NCBI GenBank assembly: GCA_043228905.1
Contig: JBHGNT010000203.1
Location: 1 to 53,798 of the forward strand
DNA from: Azolla caroliniana
Taxonomy: Eukaryota > Plantae > Polypodiophyta
Reading direction: 5' to 3'
DNA: 53,798 nt
The notes under the pieces are model-generated. The model worked only from the letters and a program-made list of their open reading frames with translations. It had not been told where the DNA came from and did no database searches. Below, one piece after another: positions 48,772-53,798 of this stretch (within the stretch, counting starts at the first letter, position 1; each line of letters begins with the position of its first letter). Position numbers and translations under genes: made by a program.

Positions 48772-50991
48772 TCATGAGTCATCACTCAAGCCATACATAC
48801 ATACATAGTTAGGGCTCATCCACTACCTCTCACACATGCATTGCCCATCCACCATCATGTCCGAGCGAAAACTAGACCGATGCCCGATCGCATAAGTTCA
48901 CGACAATAAACAAAACACCTTCGGTTCGATATATCGCCCACCATGTCATCAGGGATCTGGGTCACCAACATCATTGCCTTCGAAGCATGGATATTTTTCA
49001 AACAGTTTCCGCATAAGAGTTTTTGTCCAGATTTCTATTGATACGAACAAGAACCATAAGCTCGCCCGCAAAGAGTGTTGAGGAAATTTTTCTTTAGGTA
49101 GGAAATTTTTTGTCTCGGCTTCATTGCTTTTATCAAGGGCTATCTATCCTCCGTATATCTTAGAGTCGCAATGTGAAAAGTGGAAGTCTTAACCAATAGA
49201 AAAAGCCAATCAAATTTCTCAATATGAGTGTGTATAGTCAAACAAGGACAACAAGAAAAACAGGTAGTTTGATCAAATGTCTCTTGTCATTCTTCCCACT
49301 CTACAATTTGAAACAAATCCTTGAAAACAAGAAAGATTAGCCGATAAGTTTCACTAACTATCCATATTCTTTGTTTCAAACAAAATGCAATTGGGAATTA
49401 ATGCTAAATTCGCTTATTATATGTGGTTATGTTCCTAGAGAACTAAATTTAGGGTGAAAAACTCATCACGAATTATCAGATAAAGTCAACATTCATATTT
49501 CTTCTTAATGATACCATTGACTAACAACAACCCAACTTAATCAAATGATAAAGCATAGAAACGATAGAATCCACGTGGTTAGTATTTACTATCCCATCAA
49601 TGCTTGCTCAATTTTTAGAGTATTCTTACAAAATTGTTTTGGAACAAGTTCAATTTAGGTCTATGTTGTACTTAAATTTGTTGTTATAGACAATAAGTTT
49701 TAATGCCTATTGGAGTGACATGCAATTTGCTTTTGCAAATACCTTTAGGCTTCGAAACTCTTCTACACAATCAAAATATAAAGCTTGTGCAACCAAACCA
49801 ATCGTACTTTTGAGGTGGGGAATCTTTTCTTCGAAACATTTTTTGGTGAACATGTGGTTTGAATTTTTGGTGAGCGCGAAAATATTGGTTCTGGAATTTC
49901 ATTCAAGGAACATTTTATGGTCAGTGCATTTTCAATTTTGATGAGCGCGAAAATCTTGTACCCAATATACCTCATTATTATCTCGCGAACCTTTCTTCTA
50001 CCCTTGATGATTGTCAACAAGATTGTGTGGTAGCGTATTATATCACTTTTCAATATAGTGTGCATTTTGTTGACGTGAGAAAACGGGTTGAATATAATAA
50101 TAGTGCTAGCTTTTACCCATTGATCATTTGCATGTTTTTCCCTCAACATTGTCCACCACCTGTCACTCAACTTAGACATTCATATAGTGTTCAAGTTAAG
50201 AAAAGAATATTTAAAATGGCATGCAATATATACTATTGAAACAAGCCACAATAGAAAAGGCTCGAGCTTTTCTCTATGAAGAGTATATGTTGTACAAACC
50301 GTAATTCATATATGTATTTGACGATCGAGAGTCGTTAAATAGTATAGAGTGTAAAACATGCTCCTATTTCGAAAAGAGAGTGACAAAACCATGCTCAAAG
50401 AAAGGTAAATAAAAAATCATAAATTGGAAAACCTCTAAGTGGGCCTCAAACAAACTATAGACCAATACATGATGATTGTTTAGTGGAGGACAAAAGGTTG
50501 GTTGATGAGAGAGGTGTTTAAATTCCTAAAATTAAGAGGACATATTGTGTGAATAAAAAATTCAGCTCTTCAAGATTTCCAACAATCTGTGTTAACACAA
50601 TATGTCCTCAAATATTAACACTGATTAACGTCAGTTGTAGAGTGATCTAACATTGTTGTGCCGACTATTGGGCATGAGTATGTATCAAGTCCGTATCTAA
50701 TATGTAAGCAAAAAATCTAATTCCACGTTGAGACTCTACGATATGGCGAGGTTCTCGACAATCTTACTAGTTCCCATTCGCTACCAAGGTGCGGCCATCA
50801 TTCATTTGTGGTAGTATGGGATACCAATGGGCACGTGTGTATATCTCTCACCATCTCTAGAGGATGGTTAGGTAGATCTAGTCCATTTTCTAACCTTCTC
50901 CTATTTTAGTTTGTTTATATATTGCTTACATATTAGATTTGGACTCTAACAACATGAGTCGATTGGGTAATATTATAGATCATAGCACTAA

Positions 50992-51425
50992 TGTAAGCTT
51001 AAGATAAGGATAAAGAATTGAAAGATAGAAAGGAGAAAGAGAAAGAAGGGTGCCGATCCACCCGACCACCCCCGAGCGAAGGGATCGAGACGGACTCAAG
51101 CCTCGATCGGCGTCCCATACCACCGCCGTGGCGTCGAGTCGTACCTGGTGCTGGCGCGCTCGCTACAAGAGTTGACCCACCACACGAGCAGAGTCTCGAT
51201 GTAGTCAAAAGATGCTCAAATGAGGGTAGCTAGGCCTCTTATTTATAGCGAAACCCAAGGCCCCCAGGCAAGTTCACACTTGACCTAATGGGTTGTCTCA
51301 ATCCCGAGGATTAAAAGTAATCCTCCCCTTCTTTACACTCTCATTTAACCCTCACACTTATCCACGTGTATAGATTACTACGGTAAATTCTTACCACGGG
51401 ATATTATATGGTCATGCTCGTAACA
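50992..51425 (-). repeat. 3' LTR (434 bp) of the chromovirus; PPT at ~51428-51440
   Basis: Minus-strand termini TGTTA...TTACA, preceded by aaagagggggag-ta. TATAAATA box at ~51240-51247. Adjacent 5 bp (actaa, 50987-50991) is the predicted TSD. Confidence 0.85.
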
Positions 51426-53778
51426 TACTCCCCCTCTTTAAAACATTGCACTCTTGCAATGGAAAGTTAGGGAAGTTAGTTCTAAGAGTATTTTCGCGTT
51501 CCCATGTGGCATCTTTTATTGATTTATCCATCCATTTTATTTTGAATTCTCGGATTTCTTTAGTACGTAATTTTTTTGTTTTAACATCGAGAATTCTTTC
51601 TGGTACATGTGGTTTAGAATATAATTCTTCAGAAGTAACCAGAGTTTCAGTCGTAACTGTATTGTCGCCAGAACCTAGAAGTTCTTTTAGACGACTCACA
51701 TGAAAGACTGGATGAATTCCGACACCATCGGGAAGAGCGAGACGATAGGCTGATGACCCAATGCGTTTGAGGACTGTAAAAGGTCCACAAAACCGTGGGG
51801 CTAACTTAGCGCACTTACCCGTAGACAATGTCTTAGAATTGTGAGGTACACGTAAAAATACCTTCTGTCCAGGGTTGAATACACGAGGTTGCCTATGATG
51901 ATCGGCATAAAAACGCGCTCTATCTTGAGCTGTTTTTATATTATCTCGTGCAATATGCAACATATCTTGCATATCCCGAAGAAAGTTTTGCGTACTTCGC
52001 AACTCATCATGATGTATATTAACATCAATCGGGGCTCGTGGCTGAAAACCATACATCAACATAAAAGGACTATATCCCGTCGACGTATGCTTGGAGCTGT
52101 TATAAGCAAACTCCAAAATTGGGAGATAACGTTCCCATTTTGTTGGTTTTGCACCAACGTAAGCTCGAAGCATGTCCTCAATAATTTGATTTACTCGTTC
52201 TGTTTGTCCATCGGATTGAGGATGATCCGTGGAGCTCATGCTCAACGTAGTTTCTAACTTCTTAAAGACTTGTGTCCAGAAGTCACTAGTAAACTTTGGA
52301 TCTCGATCACTCACGATATCCATCGGTAACCCATAAAAACGAAACAATTCGTCAACAAATTGGTAAGCCAATTCAGGAGCTGTTACCGTGGTTTTAGTAG
52401 CAATAAATCTGGCCATTTTAGTTAGCCGATCAACGACAACCCAGATGGCATCATGACCTTTTTGGGTGCGAGGAAGGCTAACAATAAAATCCATGGATAT
52501 ACTTTCCCACTTATTATTGGGAATGTCCAGGGGATGTAAAAGTCCTGCGGCTTTAAGTCGCTCGGCTTTGTTAACCTGACACTGGTGACATTTAGTCACA
52601 TAGCTATGTATGTCAGGACGCATCTTAGGCCAATAAAATTGAGTGGAGATGAGAACGAGTGTACGATGTATTCCAGGGTGCCCTGCTGAGGGTGCATCAT
52701 GGCATTCAAAAAGAATCCTCTTTTTGACCTCGGGTAAATCTGGAACACAAACCTTCCCATTACGGTAGAGCAAACCGTTAGCAATGTGGAAGTATTCCTT
52801 CGAGGATGTGGTGGTGTCTGTTCCAGACTCAACTCTTGCCCAGTATTTTGCGAAATAACTGTCATCAGGATACTTTCCTCGAAGGTGATCATAAAGATCT
52901 GATGATATTGCAGTGAAGCTAAGCATGTTAACTTCACGGATGCGACTTAGTGCATCAGCGACAGTGTTCATGGAACCTTTACGATATCGTATGGAAAAAT
53001 CAAAGTCCTGGATGAGATCAGCCCATCGCGCCTTACGACCTTTCAGGTCTTGTTGGTCACAAAAATATTTCAAGGACTCGTGGTCCGTAGTTACCACAAA
53101 GTGATTTCCATAAAGATAATGGCGCCATGTTTTGAGCGCATGTATAACTGCAAATAATTCCTTTTCTTGAACGGTATACCGACATTGAGCAGAATCAAGT
53201 TTCTTACTCTCGAATGCTATTGGTTTACCATCTTGATACAAGACAGCACCTATAGCGTAATCGCTGGCATCGGTTTCAATCTCAAAAGGTTTTGAAGGAT
53301 CAGGTAAAAGAAGTGAAGGAGCCTTGCAAACCAGGTCCTTGAGTTCCTTAAAGGCAAGGTCTAGTGTAGCATTCCACACAATAGGTTTTGTAGACTTACG
53401 CGTTTGACCTTTTAAAAGATCAGTAAACGGCGTCGTCAATTGGGAGTAATTACGAAGAGACTTTCGCAAAAACCCCACAAAACCAAGGAATGATCGAACT
53501 TCTCGAATATTCCGAAGAGTGGGCCAAAGCTTGATTTTCTCAATGCGAGAAGGATCAATTTCAACTCCTCGTTCGGTTATGAGATGTCCTAGATAAGTAA
53601 TTGATTTCTTGAAGAACTCACATTTTGAGATCTTCGCATAAAACTGTTTGTCACGCAATGTTTGTAAAACAAAGCGGACATGTCTAGCATGTTCTTGTAA
53701 TGTACGGCTATAAACTAAAATATCATCCAAGAAAATAACGACAAATTTTCCAAGTTGTTCTCGGAAAATGTCATTCAT
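51412..53778 (-). CDS. pol: Gypsy pol polyprotein (partial): RT C-terminus, RNase H, integrase, chromodomain
   Basis: VIFLDDILVYS; ETDASDYAIGAVL; KELFAV; ADALSR; H-x6-H..CHQC zinc finger; SMDFI, VSDRDPKF, GQTERVNQ; RFCGPF; HPVFHVS; PERILD..KW..ATWE. Uninterrupted for 788 codons. Confidence 0.97.
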   Translation of the reverse strand: MNDIFREQLGKFVVIFLDDILVYSRTLQEHARHVRFVLQTLRDKQFYAKISKCEFFKKSITYLGHLITERGVEIDPSRIEKIKLWPTLRNIREVRSFLGFVGFLRKSLRNYSQLTTPFTDLLKGQTRKSTKPIVWNATLDLAFKELKDLVCKAPSLLLPDPSKPFEIETDASDYAIGAVLYQDGKPIAFESKKLDSAQCRYTVQEKELFAVIHALKTWRHYLYGNHFVVTTDHESLKYFCDQQDLKGRKARWADLIQDFDFSIRYRKGSMNTVADALSRIREVNMLSFTAISSDLYDHLRGKYPDDSYFAKYWARVESGTDTTTSSKEYFHIANGLLYRNGKVCVPDLPEVKKRILFECHDAPSAGHPGIHRTLVLISTQFYWPKMRPDIHSYVTKCHQCQVNKAERLKAAGLLHPLDIPNNKWESISMDFIVSLPRTQKGHDAIWVVVDRLTKMARFIATKTTVTAPELAYQFVDELFRFYGLPMDIVSDRDPKFTSDFWTQVFKKLETTLSMSSTDHPQSDGQTERVNQIIEDMLRAYVGAKPTKWERYLPILEFAYNSSKHTSTGYSPFMLMYGFQPRAPIDVNIHHDELRSTQNFLRDMQDMLHIARDNIKTAQDRARFYADHHRQPRVFNPGQKVFLRVPHNSKTLSTGKCAKLAPRFCGPFTVLKRIGSSAYRLALPDGVGIHPVFHVSRLKELLGSGDNTVTTETLVTSEELYSKPHVPERILDVKTKKLRTKEIREFKIKWMDKSIKDATWERENTLRTNFPNFPLQECNVLKRGSMLRA

Positions 53779-53798
53779 TTCTTGTTGAAAAGTAGCCG

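Larger units (their letters stand above)
50992..53798 (-). mobile_element. Ty3/gypsy chromovirus LTR retrotransposon, 3' portion (continues beyond the window)
   Basis: RT-RNase H-integrase-chromodomain order, polypurine tract, and 3' LTR. Confidence 0.96.

Noticed and set aside
47980-48785. Several 60-118-aa ORFs, including a possible UBP uORF
   Set aside because: Translations of simple repeats; TSS unknown.
1-53798. CRISPR array, tRNA/rRNA genes, bacterial operon or contamination
   Set aside because: No regularly spaced repeats or RNA-gene signatures seen. The bacterial-like gene has spliceosomal introns and plant neighbours.

Overview
Eukaryotic, intron-rich, AT-rich plant nuclear DNA. 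The gene and transposon complement suggests a non-seed land plant such as a fern or lycophyte, but this is inference only. Six host genes can be assembled by hand from GT-AG exons: (1) a minus-strand SGS3-like XS + coiled-coil protein ending in a C3HC4 RING finger (13819->5510), with a large antisense LINE in an intron; (2) a minus-strand three-exon gene for a signal-peptide-less homolog of the bacterial BtuF-like Fe/B12 periplasmic binding proteins (19839->18476); (3) an ARM-like + SERAC1-type alpha/beta hydrolase (21457-28377); (4) a P-class PPR protein (30362-32359); (5) a HIPP metallochaperone (39743-41392); (6) a UBP23/USP36-42-like deubiquitinase (47925->~43561). Mobile DNA includes a 5'-truncated L1 with a 21-bp TSD, an RTE/RTEX-like LINE inactivated by nonsense codons, a second LINE fragment, MULE and L1 relics, a probable solo LTR, and the 3' half of an intact-looking Ty3/gypsy chromovirus. 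The two most unusual items are the XS-coiled-coil-RING fusion (small-RNA silencing linked to ubiquitin ligation) and the spliced, apparently cytosolic B12/iron-chelate-binding-fold gene in a land plant. All family assignments come from motif recognition by eye, not database searches.
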